DNA of 39,921 bases, taken from NCBI GenBank assembly GCA_946539555.1, contig CAMNHN010000003.1, positions 1 to 39,921 of the forward strand. Reading direction: 5' to 3'. Every line of letters begins with the position of its first letter. Position 1 is the stretch's first letter. This DNA is from an uncultured Mollicutes bacterium. Its GTDB lineage: Bacteria > Bacillota_I > Bacilli_A > RFN20 > CAG-826. The position numbers and the translations under genes are program-made. Positions 20,573 to 30,589 of the stretch are shown piece by piece. The notes beneath the pieces are model-generated. The model worked only from the letters and a program-made list of their open reading frames with translations. It searched no databases and had not been told where the DNA came from.

Positions 20573-23038
20573 ATGGAAAAAAACGAACATAAAGAAGTTA
20601 CTCATTTTAACCCATCTTTAGAAGAAGGACTATCTTTAGAACAAGTTAAAGCAAGAGAAAAAGACAATTTAACTAATGTTTCAAAAGGAGTTAGAGGTAA
20701 ATCTCATTTAAAGATTATTTTTGAAAGTTATTTCAACTTTTTTAATATTATTCTTTTTGTTGTTGCGATAGTCTTTGTAATTTGCTCATTTTCTTTTAAG
20801 GATGGCGTAAAATACATACCTTTCACAAAATATATTTTCTTACTTTTTATTTTAGCAAACGGAACAATCAGTGTAATTTCTCAAGAATTAAGTAAAAAGA
20901 AAATTGAAAAAATGAAACTTATTTCTGATCCTAGAAGTAAGGTTTTACGTAATGGAAAAGAAGAATCTATATATAGTAAAGATATAGTTCTTGATGACAT
21001 CTTAATTTTATCTTCTGGAAATCAAATTTCTTGTGACCTTGAAGTTTTAGAAGGTGAAATATTTGTTGATGAATCAATGCTTACTGGAGAATCAGATAAC
21101 ATCTTAAAAACAGTAGGTGACACACTTTATTCTGGATCTTATGTTGTTAGTGGTAATGGTAAAGCAAAAGCAATAGCAGTTGGAGAAACAACTTATATTT
21201 CAAATTTAGAAAGAAAAATTGAAAAAATTAAAAAGAAAAAATCTAAATTAATGGTAAACATTTACCAAATAATTAGAATAATGGTTTATTTTATTATTCC
21301 GATTGTTCTCGCTGTTTTTGTTAAAACGTGGTTTGTAGGAGATGGAAGCGGAAACTGGGAATTTAATGTAAATGTAATAACAAAAAGTGCTGCTGTTCTT
21401 GTAGGTATGATACCAATTGGTATGATACTTTTAAGCTCTGTTACTCTTTCAAAAGCAATTTTAGAATTAAGCAAAATGAATACCATGATTCAAGAGCTTT
21501 ATGCTATTGAAAATTTAAGTGCGGTCAATACACTCTGCTTAGATAAAACAGGGACAATTACTACTCAAAATTTTGATGTAAGTGATGCAATTAATTTAAA
21601 AAATGTAGAAGATTTTCATGATGTAGTTTTCACATTTTTTAGTTCTTTTAAAAGTTTAAATGAAACAGGGAAAGCACTTAAAGAACATTTTAATAAAGGT
21701 AAGTTACTTGAAGTTGTTGAAATCTCTCCTTTTGATAGTAAAAAGAAATCTTCATCAATTGTTCTTAAAGATGGAAGAGTAGTTACATTAGGTGCTCCAG
21801 AATTTACTTTTCATAAAGAAGAGAATTTAAAAACAGCTGAAGCTAAAGCTAAAGAAGGATTTAGAGTTTTAGGGTTAAAAATTAATGATGAGGAAGTTGC
21901 TTTATTCTTATTGAAAGATGAATTAAGAAAGAACATTAAAGAAACCTTAGATTTCTTCAACAAACTTAATATTGATTTAAAAGTTATAAGTGGCGATAAT
22001 CCAATAACAGTCATGCAAACTTGTAAAAATGCAGGACTTCAAAATTGTGATAAATATATTTCAATGGAAAACGTGAAGTTAGAAGAAATACCTGAAATTT
22101 GCGAGGTTTATTCGATTTTTGGAAGAACTTCACCAGATCAAAAGCAAGAAATTATTAAGTGCCTTCAAGCTAAAGGAAGAGTTGTTGGATATATTGGAGA
22201 TGGAGTTAATGACACACAATCTTTAAGACAAGCCGATTGTTCAATTGCTTTAAAATCTGGAGAAGATTCTACAAAAGCTGTTAGTGATGTCGTACTTCTT
22301 GATGATGATTTTGGGCACTTACCATCAGTTTTAGAAGTAGGAAGAAGAGTTGTAAGTAATATTGAAAGATCGATGTTGCTCTTCTTAACAAAGGGAATAT
22401 TTATTGGATTATTCTCATTTATTTCAGTATTCATTCCTGGGGGATTGGTAATTGAAATTGAATCAATGTATGTTTATGAAATTACAATAATTGGTGTTGC
22501 TGGAACTTTACTTGCCTTTCAAAAGAATCAATCAAAGGCTCAAAATACAAATTTTGTTTCTGAGGTTTTACTTAAATCGCTTGTTTCAGGCCTATTTATG
22601 ACTTTTACAGCATATTTACCTTTATTACTTTCAAAGTTCTTTGATATGCCAAATTATAGTTATTTGATTCCGATTTTTATTACAATAGCTGGCGTATCAA
22701 TACTTTTTGATATATGTAAACCATTTACAAAATATACGACTATTGTCTTCCTTTTATCAACGGTTTTATCGGTTTTCTTATTTATTTTGATACCAAATTT
22801 CTTCTGCAATCCAAATTATTTAAAGACTGCTGGAGGAATCGGAGATCAACTTGAATTGTTCTCAAAATCATTCTTTGATTTCACAATTTATAAGTCGATG
22901 AAAACTGCTGAAATGATTTCAATAATTGTTTATTTTGCTTTATCGTATATTGTTTATTTTGGAATTAAGCATCTTGTTAATTTTGTTTATAAGGTAATTG
23001 GGAAAAGTATTAAAAAAGCAAAAAGTAAAAGTAATTAA
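20573..23038 (+). CDS. P-type ATPase (CtpE-like), atypical M4 motif
   Basis: DESMLTGES, DKTGT, ISGDN, GDGVND and multiple TM segments; M4 reads IPIGM. Confidence 0.93.
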   Translation: MEKNEHKEVTHFNPSLEEGLSLEQVKAREKDNLTNVSKGVRGKSHLKIIFESYFNFFNIILFVVAIVFVICSFSFKDGVKYIPFTKYIFLLFILANGTISVISQELSKKKIEKMKLISDPRSKVLRNGKEESIYSKDIVLDDILILSSGNQISCDLEVLEGEIFVDESMLTGESDNILKTVGDTLYSGSYVVSGNGKAKAIAVGETTYISNLERKIEKIKKKKSKLMVNIYQIIRIMVYFIIPIVLAVFVKTWFVGDGSGNWEFNVNVITKSAAVLVGMIPIGMILLSSVTLSKAILELSKMNTMIQELYAIENLSAVNTLCLDKTGTITTQNFDVSDAINLKNVEDFHDVVFTFFSSFKSLNETGKALKEHFNKGKLLEVVEISPFDSKKKSSSIVLKDGRVVTLGAPEFTFHKEENLKTAEAKAKEGFRVLGLKINDEEVALFLLKDELRKNIKETLDFFNKLNIDLKVISGDNPITVMQTCKNAGLQNCDKYISMENVKLEEIPEICEVYSIFGRTSPDQKQEIIKCLQAKGRVVGYIGDGVNDTQSLRQADCSIALKSGEDSTKAVSDVVLLDDDFGHLPSVLEVGRRVVSNIERSMLLFLTKGIFIGLFSFISVFIPGGLVIEIESMYVYEITIIGVAGTLLAFQKNQSKAQNTNFVSEVLLKSLVSGLFMTFTAYLPLLLSKFFDMPNYSYLIPIFITIAGVSILFDICKPFTKYTTIVFLLSTVLSVFLFILIPNFFCNPNYLKTAGGIGDQLELFSKSFFDFTIYKSMKTAEMISIIVYFALSYIVYFGIKHLVNFVYKVIGKSIKKAKSKSN

Positions 23039-23113
23039 GCTTTAAATTTTATAAAAAATTTATTTTATTGATTAGTAGGGCTCGCTTCTTTATAATAAAA
23101 TGGAGGTTATTTT

Positions 23114-23875
23114 ATGGAAGAAAATGTTGAAAGAGAAGGCATAAGTCTAACAGATATTTGGAAAATAGTTAAAAAATATTGGGTTGGATTAGTTGCTATT
23201 ATTGCTGGAACAACTTTAATCGGCTTACTTGCCGCTTTCTTTGTTGTACCAAAATCATATGAAGCTCACGAAAATTTATATGTTATGTATAGAGACAAAA
23301 ATTCTAATCCTGACGATTATATGGGTTCAGGTGATGTCACAACATCAATTAGATATGTCGATACAATCGCAACTTATTTAAAGAGCTCAAAAGAACATTA
23401 TATTGCTACTGAAGAAGCTTTAAAGGCTCAAAATATTGAAATCCCATACAAGAAGTTAATTAAAGGTTTTAGTTTCACAACCGGAACAACAAGCTTAGCA
23501 ATTAGTGTCAAATATACTTCAAGAGACAAAACTGTTATTCCTGCTGTTTTAAATACATTTGTTACAACAGCTAAGGCGAAAGTTAAAGAACAATTCTTTA
23601 ACAATGAATTAGATGTTTTAAAAAATGATGCTGAAATTGACGCAAGTGATGTTAACGATGTTTCTACAAGTAAGATTGTGGTGGTTGCTGCTTCAGCAGT
23701 TGTTGGTGCTGTTTTAGGTTTAGCTTATGAATTTATTGCAAATTCACTTGATAGAACAGTTAAAAACAAAAAATATATCGAAGAAACATTTAATATTAAA
23801 GTTATTGGTATGATTCCTGATATTTCTAAGAGCGTTGGTAATGGAAGTGACGCATCAGATGTCAACGAATTATAA
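23114..23875 (+). CDS. CpsC/CapA (Wzz-like) BY-kinase modulator
   Basis: EGISLTDIW N-terminus, two TM segments, C-terminal LDRTVKN..IEE.FNIKVIGMIP activator motif. Confidence 0.85.
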   Translation: MEENVEREGISLTDIWKIVKKYWVGLVAIIAGTTLIGLLAAFFVVPKSYEAHENLYVMYRDKNSNPDDYMGSGDVTTSIRYVDTIATYLKSSKEHYIATEEALKAQNIEIPYKKLIKGFSFTTGTTSLAISVKYTSRDKTVIPAVLNTFVTTAKAKVKEQFFNNELDVLKNDAEIDASDVNDVSTSKIVVVAASAVVGAVLGLAYEFIANSLDRTVKNKKYIEETFNIKVIGMIPDISKSVGNGSDASDVNEL

Positions 23876-23886
23876 GAGGTGAAAGT

Positions 23887-24582
23887 ATGGCAAAACGTAA
23901 ACATAATGGTTCATTATTTGATGAAAGAATTATTATAAGCGATCTTTCATCTAATGCTGGAGAAGCTTATCAAAGATTACAAGTTAATGTTGATCTTGCT
24001 TCAATTGATTCAAAATATAAAGTTATTGGAATTACATCTTCAACAAAATCTGAAGGTAAATCGACAACAATCGTCAATTTAGCAAACGTCTATGCTCGTA
24101 AAGGAAAAAAGGTTTGTGTTATTGATTTAGATTTAAGAAGACCTTCACTCCATTATTTCTTTAAAAAACCTAATGATGTTGGACTTGTTGATTATGTTTT
24201 GGGAGAAGTAGAAAAAGAAAATTTAGCAAAGCACAGTGATGAAGGAATTGATTTTATCAATACTGGTAAACATACTCCATTCCCAGCACAAGTTCTTGAA
24301 AGCAAGAATTTAGTTGATTTAATCGACTACTTAAAAACGATTTATGATTTTGTTTTATTAGATTGCCCTCCAATGTTAGTTTCAGCAGATACAACAATTA
24401 TTTCTAAATTTACTGATGGATTTATCTTTGTTGTTAAGACGAATTCAACAGTTAAAGATGCTTTAGGCGATTCACTTGAAGCACTTAAAAATTGTGGAGC
24501 AAATGTCATTGGTGCAGTTATGACCGATGTCCCAAGCGGCAGAGGTAGTGACTACTACGGATATGGCTACTATAAATATTAA
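23887..24582 (+). CDS. CpsD/CapB bacterial tyrosine kinase (BY-kinase)
   Basis: Walker A SEGKST, A' IDLDLRRP, B LLDCPP, C-terminal tyrosine cluster YYGYGYYKY. Confidence 0.92.
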   Translation: MAKRKHNGSLFDERIIISDLSSNAGEAYQRLQVNVDLASIDSKYKVIGITSSTKSEGKSTTIVNLANVYARKGKKVCVIDLDLRRPSLHYFFKKPNDVGLVDYVLGEVEKENLAKHSDEGIDFINTGKHTPFPAQVLESKNLVDLIDYLKTIYDFVLLDCPPMLVSADTTIISKFTDGFIFVVKTNSTVKDALGDSLEALKNCGANVIGAVMTDVPSGRGSDYYGYGYYKY

Positions 24583-24611
24583 TAAGCAAATTTATTGAAA
24601 TAAATACTATG

Positions 24612-24640
24612 AGACCTAAAATTAAATTAGGTCTTTTATT
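24612..24640 (+). terminator. Terminator after the BY-kinase gene
   Basis: AGACCTAA-aattaaa-TTAGGTCT then TTTATT. Confidence 0.7.
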
Positions 24641-24646
24641 TAAGTT

Positions 24647-25846
24647 ATGATTTTAGAAGAGTATAGAAAATATTGTAAAGAAAATTTCAAAGATTATTAC
24701 AACGAAAAAGTGTTGCATAATTTTTTAGTTGATTACGCTTCTAAAAAAGAAATGAGTTTAGAAAATGTTTATTCTGTTTTAGAAAAGGAATATATACCAT
24801 TTTTAGATCCAGATGGAGATTATTTATTTTCTAATGAAGTCATTAAGAACGTTAAAAATTACTTTTATTTTGAAATCTTATATTTAAAAAGCGATTCTTC
24901 AATTTCGCTTTCAGAGCGTGAAATTAGAATTAACAAATTATTTGATAGTTTTCTTGAAAATCGTGATTTTAACGTTGAAGAAAATAAAGAATTTAATCTC
25001 AATAATTTATTAGAATTTGCTACTTTATTTCTATATGTAGAAAATTATAAAAAAGCAGAAGAATGTTATGAAATCGCATTTTCAAAAGTTATACAAAATG
25101 AATTTTTAAATTATGTGACAAAGACCATAATTGCTATTGAAGAAGGGGATGATGATAAATATTATTCATCACTTTTAAAAGCTAGTGAAAAAGAAAATGC
25201 TGAAGCTTATATTTATGCACTTCAAACTCTTTATGAAATTAAAAATGAGAATTTTGAAACCGCTTATTCATATCTATCAAAAATAGAATTAAGGAATTTA
25301 TATTTATATTATGTAGTTGGATATCGCTATATTACGACCGATTTTACAAGTGAAATCTCATCATATAAAGAAATTTTAGAGTACGAAAGCAGTGATTTTA
25401 ATAGAAAAAAACGCATTTCTGCAAGGTTATTTGAAAAGTTAGCTTTCCATTTCATTTTTATGAACCACGCTTGGGAAGAATTTAATGCTCTTGTTTTAGA
25501 ACGTTTAGTAGCAAGATATAATTTTTCAGATATTGAAAATATAGTATGTTTAGCTTTATCAGAAACTTTTCTTTTCACTCTTTCAAACGTTATTAGTTTG
25601 AAGAATCTTGAGAAATATTTATTTGGTACTGGTAGAAAAAAAGATTTTGATGGAGCTAATTTTTTTGGCGAACTTGGAAAAGAAAGCAAAGATGAATTCT
25701 TTAAAATTTTAAACAAATTTGAAGATTTAAATTTAATCGATAGAAATTTTGAAGACCCAGATAAAATTCATATTCACGAAGAACTTTATATTCTTGCAAT
25801 TTCAATAATTAATAAATATTTTTCTTCAAAAGATTTATCTAGTTAA
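24647..25846 (+). CDS. Hypothetical protein, helical/TPR-like
   Basis: 399-aa ORF; ENYKKAEECYEIA and ENFETAYSYLSK resemble TPR helices. Confidence 0.75.
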   Translation: MILEEYRKYCKENFKDYYNEKVLHNFLVDYASKKEMSLENVYSVLEKEYIPFLDPDGDYLFSNEVIKNVKNYFYFEILYLKSDSSISLSEREIRINKLFDSFLENRDFNVEENKEFNLNNLLEFATLFLYVENYKKAEECYEIAFSKVIQNEFLNYVTKTIIAIEEGDDDKYYSSLLKASEKENAEAYIYALQTLYEIKNENFETAYSYLSKIELRNLYLYYVVGYRYITTDFTSEISSYKEILEYESSDFNRKKRISARLFEKLAFHFIFMNHAWEEFNALVLERLVARYNFSDIENIVCLALSETFLFTLSNVISLKNLEKYLFGTGRKKDFDGANFFGELGKESKDEFFKILNKFEDLNLIDRNFEDPDKIHIHEELYILAISIINKYFSSKDLSS

Positions 25847-25894
25847 AGTTTTATAAAACTTTATTTATGAATTTCAATAACTTATAATTTTATT

Positions 25895-26596
25895 ATGGAA
25901 AATTATAAGAAAACTTTTACGATAACAAATAATCAATTAGATAAAAACGATCACTTAACATTAGGTGCTATTTTAGATTTGATTCAAGAAGTTAGCGGCA
26001 ATCATGCTGACACTTTGAGTTGTGGGTATGATGATTTAATTAAACGCAATTTAATTTGGGTTGTTATTAGACATCATATTGAATTTAAAAGACATTTGCA
26101 CGTTGGCAAATTTGTCGAACTTGAAACTTACCCTTTAAATCAAAGATTTGTTGAATATCCTAGAGAAGTGAAAATGTATGATAATGGTGAGCTATTTTTA
26201 GTTGCTAATACGACTTGGGTTGTTCTTAACTTAGAAAAATTTAATTTTATAAGTGAAGAGCTATATGATAAATCGATTGCTAGAGAAAGTTATTTTGATA
26301 AAAGATTTGGGAAACTTCAAAAAAAGAACAAAGCAGATTTAAAATTTGTAGAAACTGTTGATGTCAAATATTCAATGCTTGACCACAATGGTCACATGAA
26401 TAATACTCGATACTTAACGTGGTTTTTAGATATTTTTGAAGAACCTAGAGATCCTAAAAATTTCCAAATTGAATATTTAAAGCAAAGTTTCTTACACGAG
26501 AAAGTTGATCTTTATGTCTCGGATGAAGAAAACGCAAAAGAATTATATGGATATAATGGAGACGAGCTCAAATTTTATTGTAGAGCAGAATATTAA
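25895..26596 (+). CDS. Acyl-ACP thioesterase family protein
   Basis: QEVSGNHA, WVV, DHNGHMNNTRY (double hot-dog). Confidence 0.88.
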   Translation: MENYKKTFTITNNQLDKNDHLTLGAILDLIQEVSGNHADTLSCGYDDLIKRNLIWVVIRHHIEFKRHLHVGKFVELETYPLNQRFVEYPREVKMYDNGELFLVANTTWVVLNLEKFNFISEELYDKSIARESYFDKRFGKLQKKNKADLKFVETVDVKYSMLDHNGHMNNTRYLTWFLDIFEEPRDPKNFQIEYLKQSFLHEKVDLYVSDEENAKELYGYNGDELKFYCRAEY

Positions 26597-26599
26597 AAT

Positions 26600-27502
26600 A
26601 TGAAAATTAGTGAAGAAGTTAAAGAAGCTATTAGACTTAACAAGCCAGTTGTTGCATTAGAATCGACAATTATTTCTCATGGTATGCCTTATCCAAGAAA
26701 TGTCGAATGTGCTTTGCTTGTTGAAAAAACAATTAGAGAAAACGGGGCAATTCCAGCAACGATTGGGATTATTGAAGGCGAACCAATTGTTGGAATGTCG
26801 CCAGAAGAAATAGAAGAATTTGGTAAACGTAAAGGTATTGCTAAATGTTCAAGAAGAGATTTGCCAATTGTTTTTGCTAAAAAAATGTGGGGAGCAACAA
26901 CAGTTAGTGCAACAATGATTTTAGCTGAAAAGGCTGGAATTGAATTTTTTGTAACTGGCGGAATTGGTGGTGTTCATAGAGGAGCAACTCAAACTTTTGA
27001 TATTTCTGCTGACCTTGATGAATTATCAAAAACAAATGTTTCTGTAATTTGTGCTGGACCTAAAGCTATTTTAGATATTGGTTTAACTCTTGAATATCTA
27101 GAAACAAAAGGCGTTCCAGTAATTGGCTATAATTCAGATAAATTACCTGCATTTTATACAAGAACTAGTGAATTTAACGTATTATTTAACGCCAAAAACC
27201 CTTTAGAAATTGCTCAAATTGTAAAAAGCAAAAGAGAATACGATTTAGAAGGTGGAATTTTAGTTTGTAATCCAGTACCAGAAGAATTTTCTTTACCAGA
27301 AGAATATATTAATTCTAAAATCGATCAAGCCATAAAAGAAATGAATGAGAAGGGAATAATTGGAAAAGATCAAACTCCATTTTTACTTTCTAAAATTGTT
27401 GAATTAACTGATGGAGAATCTTTGAATACAAATATTAATTTAGTTTTAAATAATGCAAAACTTGGTGCTTTAATTGCTAAGGAATATACAAAAATTAAAT
27501 AG
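26600..27502 (+). CDS. psuG: Pseudouridine-5'-phosphate glycosidase
   Basis: PVVALESTIISHGMPYP, KCSRRDL, TGGIGGVHRG, DISADL, TPFLL. Confidence 0.96.
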   Translation: MKISEEVKEAIRLNKPVVALESTIISHGMPYPRNVECALLVEKTIRENGAIPATIGIIEGEPIVGMSPEEIEEFGKRKGIAKCSRRDLPIVFAKKMWGATTVSATMILAEKAGIEFFVTGGIGGVHRGATQTFDISADLDELSKTNVSVICAGPKAILDIGLTLEYLETKGVPVIGYNSDKLPAFYTRTSEFNVLFNAKNPLEIAQIVKSKREYDLEGGILVCNPVPEEFSLPEEYINSKIDQAIKEMNEKGIIGKDQTPFLLSKIVELTDGESLNTNINLVLNNAKLGALIAKEYTKIK

Positions 27503-27513
27503 GAGGAAGGACA

Positions 27514-28404
27514 ATGAAAAATTCAATGCTTCTAATCGGTGGATGTAATATTGATTTTATTGCCACAAGTAATGAAAAATTAATTAGACGTGTTTCTAAC
27601 ATAGGAGAAGTCTCTATTTCAAATGGTGGTGTAATGAGAAATATTGCAGAAAACTTAGCTCGTTTAGGAAATGATGTTGATTTTATTACAGCTATTGGAA
27701 ACGATGATTTAGGAAAATCTTTGAAACAAGAATTGATTAATTTAGGAATTAAAGTTTATTGCCCAGAAACCGATTTGCCTACTGGAAGTTATGTCGCAAT
27801 TAACGATCATAATCACGATTTAGCAGAAGCAATTTGTGATAATAGAATTTATGAAGTTATCAATGTAGACTTCTTACAGGCTAATAAAGAATTGCTTGAA
27901 AAGCATGATGCAATTTTAATTGATACTAATATTTCTCAAGAAGTAATCGATTATTTATTTGAAAATTATCCAAATAAAAAATATATGATGGATGCAATTT
28001 CACCAACTAAAGTTTTAAAGGTTAAAAAATATTTAGATAAATTTTATTTAATTAAATGTAATATCCATGAAGCTACTGCATTAATGGGAATTGATTTAGC
28101 TAATAAAGATTTAACTAGTGGTTTACTTGCTAGAGGCGCTCAAAAAGTAGTAGTTTCTCACGGAAGCAATGATATCTATTTTGGTGAAGATTTGAGAAAA
28201 ATTGATTTTGTTCATGTCGAAGAAGTTTTCGATTTTGTAAATACAATTGGATGTGGTGACGCTTTAACAAGTGGTGTAGTTGACCACGTTCTTGGCGGCA
28301 AAACACTTAAAGAATCTGTTGCTTTTGGCAACGAATTAGCTCGTGTTACTTTAATGTCAAAGAGCGCAACAACTCCTGAGATTTCTAAATTTAAGGACAA
28401 ATAA
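27514..28404 (+). CDS. psuK: PfkB-family kinase, probable pseudouridine kinase
   Basis: GGVMRNIAENLARLG and NTIGCGD motifs; adjacent to psuG. Confidence 0.8.
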   Translation: MKNSMLLIGGCNIDFIATSNEKLIRRVSNIGEVSISNGGVMRNIAENLARLGNDVDFITAIGNDDLGKSLKQELINLGIKVYCPETDLPTGSYVAINDHNHDLAEAICDNRIYEVINVDFLQANKELLEKHDAILIDTNISQEVIDYLFENYPNKKYMMDAISPTKVLKVKKYLDKFYLIKCNIHEATALMGIDLANKDLTSGLLARGAQKVVVSHGSNDIYFGEDLRKIDFVHVEEVFDFVNTIGCGDALTSGVVDHVLGGKTLKESVAFGNELARVTLMSKSATTPEISKFKDK

Positions 28405-28406
28405 TT

Positions 28407-29384
28407 ATGCTTTATAAAGTTAATGAGGAAAATAAAGTCGTTTTAATTGATATTGATAATGAATGTGGTTTAAAAGCTCAACTTTGTAGTTTTGGAGCCG
28501 GTGTTTATTCTTTAAAATTTAATGATAGGAGAATGATTCTTGAACCAAAGACACTTGATGATTACAAATTTTCAACACAATATTTTGGCAAAAGCTTAGG
28601 AGTAGTTGCTGGAAGATTTAAAAAAGATGGCTTACTTTTAGGAAGAGAATATTCTTTAGTAAACGAACCTGGAGTCAATTTTTGCCTTCATGGTGGACAT
28701 TTAAAATCAATATCTTTTAAAAATTGGAAATATAAAATTAAAGAAACAAATAAAAAACTCGATGTTATCTTTAATGTTAAAACAAAAGATGGTGAAAATG
28801 GTTTCCCAGGAGGATCAAGCATTTTTGCAATTTATACTTTTATTAAAGGTAAAAACGAATTTAGAATTACTTACAAAGCTACAACACCAGATGAAGCAAC
28901 ATTTATGAATTTAACAAATCATATGTATTTTAATTTGGATGATAATGACATCTCTGAGCATAAACTTAAAATGAATGCTTCAACTGTTGCTGTTACAGAT
29001 GAGAACTTATTTATATATTCATCAAAGCCTGTAAGTTCGATGCTTGATTTTAACAAACTTTCAAAAATGAATGTTAAATTAAACCAAATTGAAAAGAAAG
29101 ATTTTAAGAAAACTATCGATGATACTTTTATTTTTGATGGTCCTGGAAAAATCGTTTTAACAAACAAAGATACAATTTTAAATATCGCAACAGATAACCC
29201 AGCTTTAAATATTTATGTCGATAATTCATTATCTGATATGAAGTTTAAAAATGAGAACATTTCTTCTTTAAGAAGAGGTATTGCTTTAGAAACACAAAAG
29301 TGGATTCTTGATAGAAACTCACTTATTTTAAAACATGGAGAAGTTTATAAACAAACAACTACATACAAATTTAAGAGAAAATAG
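28407..29384 (+). CDS. galM: Aldose 1-epimerase (mutarotase)
   Basis: LHGG, GFPG, NLTNHMYFNL, IALETQ. Confidence 0.85.
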   Translation: MLYKVNEENKVVLIDIDNECGLKAQLCSFGAGVYSLKFNDRRMILEPKTLDDYKFSTQYFGKSLGVVAGRFKKDGLLLGREYSLVNEPGVNFCLHGGHLKSISFKNWKYKIKETNKKLDVIFNVKTKDGENGFPGGSSIFAIYTFIKGKNEFRITYKATTPDEATFMNLTNHMYFNLDDNDISEHKLKMNASTVAVTDENLFIYSSKPVSSMLDFNKLSKMNVKLNQIEKKDFKKTIDDTFIFDGPGKIVLTNKDTILNIATDNPALNIYVDNSLSDMKFKNENISSLRRGIALETQKWILDRNSLILKHGEVYKQTTTYKFKRK

Positions 29385-29402
29385 CGTTTTAGAGGACTTT
29401 TT

Positions 29403-30569
29403 ATGACCAATTTAGAATTTCATTTTAAAAAAACATTCAATAGAAGAGCTCAATTTTATTTTGATACTGGTGGAAGATTTGAACTTTTAGGAAATCATAC
29501 TGACCATAATCATGGACTTTGTCTCGTTGCTAATTCTTCTTTAAGAATTAAAGCGGCTGTTGCTTTAAATGAAACTTCAATTAGAATCCAATCTAAGGGA
29601 TATAAGTTTTTTGAATTTGATATTGATGACCTTACTTATGACCCAAACGACTATCCAGCAACAAAATCTATATGTAGAGGTATATTAAGTAGATTCAAAG
29701 AATTAGGATATAAAATTGGTGGTTTTGATGCTTATATAACTAGTGAAATTCCTGATGGTAGTGGTGTTTCTTCATCAGCTGCTGTTGAATCATTATTTGG
29801 ATATATTTTGTCTATTTTATATAACGAAGGGAAAGTTCCACCAATTGAAATAGCAAAAATAGGACAATATTCAGAAAATAATTATTTTAAAAAACCAAGC
29901 GGATTACTTGATCAAGTTGGTACCTCTTTTGCAAATTCAAATTACATAGACTTTAAAAATATTAATCAACCATATATTGTTAATTTGCCATTCAAAATGC
30001 CTCTTGAAATATTTTTAATTAAATCCGAAGGCAATCATTCTAATTTAACTAATCTTTATGCAGAAATTCCTGCAGCAATGAAAAAAGTTGCCCATTTATT
30101 AGAAGGCAAAGAGTTTTTAAGAGATTGTAGTGAAGAAGATATCTTTAATAGAATTGACAAAGTTAATGCAACTGAAAAAGAAAAACGTATTGCTAAACAT
30201 TTCTTCTTAGAAAATTACAATGTTGTAAATGCTGAAAAAGCGATTAAGGAAAATAACGTCGATGCTTTTTTAGAATGTGTAAGAGCTTCACAAAAATCAT
30301 CAAAAGAAAATTTAAATAATACATTTGTTGAAGGCGAATTTGAAGATTCACCTCAAGATATTATTGATAAAGTCACTGAATATTTAGGATATAATGGCGC
30401 CGTTAGAATTCATGGTGGTGGTTTTAAAGGAACAGTTATTGTTTTTGTAAAACGTAAATATGCCGATGATTTCCTTAATTTTTTAAATAAGAATTATCCA
30501 AAGAACAGATTTTTTAAAGTTTCGATTTCAAATAAAGCTGTAAACTTTAAAGTTTATCAAACAAAATAA
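29403..30569 (+). CDS. galK: Galactokinase-family GHMP kinase
   Basis: GRFELLGNHTDH, PDGSGVSSSAA, GLLDQ, RIHGGGF. Confidence 0.82.
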   Translation: MTNLEFHFKKTFNRRAQFYFDTGGRFELLGNHTDHNHGLCLVANSSLRIKAAVALNETSIRIQSKGYKFFEFDIDDLTYDPNDYPATKSICRGILSRFKELGYKIGGFDAYITSEIPDGSGVSSSAAVESLFGYILSILYNEGKVPPIEIAKIGQYSENNYFKKPSGLLDQVGTSFANSNYIDFKNINQPYIVNLPFKMPLEIFLIKSEGNHSNLTNLYAEIPAAMKKVAHLLEGKEFLRDCSEEDIFNRIDKVNATEKEKRIAKHFFLENYNVVNAEKAIKENNVDAFLECVRASQKSSKENLNNTFVEGEFEDSPQDIIDKVTEYLGYNGAVRIHGGGFKGTVIVFVKRKYADDFLNFLNKNYPKNRFFKVSISNKAVNFKVYQTK

Positions 30570-30571
30570 AA

Positions 30572-30589
30572 AAGACTATTTAGTCTTTC
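30572..30589. terminator. Possible bidirectional terminator between galK and hpt
   Basis: AAAGACTA-tt-TAGTCTTT overlapping the hpt stop; weak stem. Confidence 0.45.
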
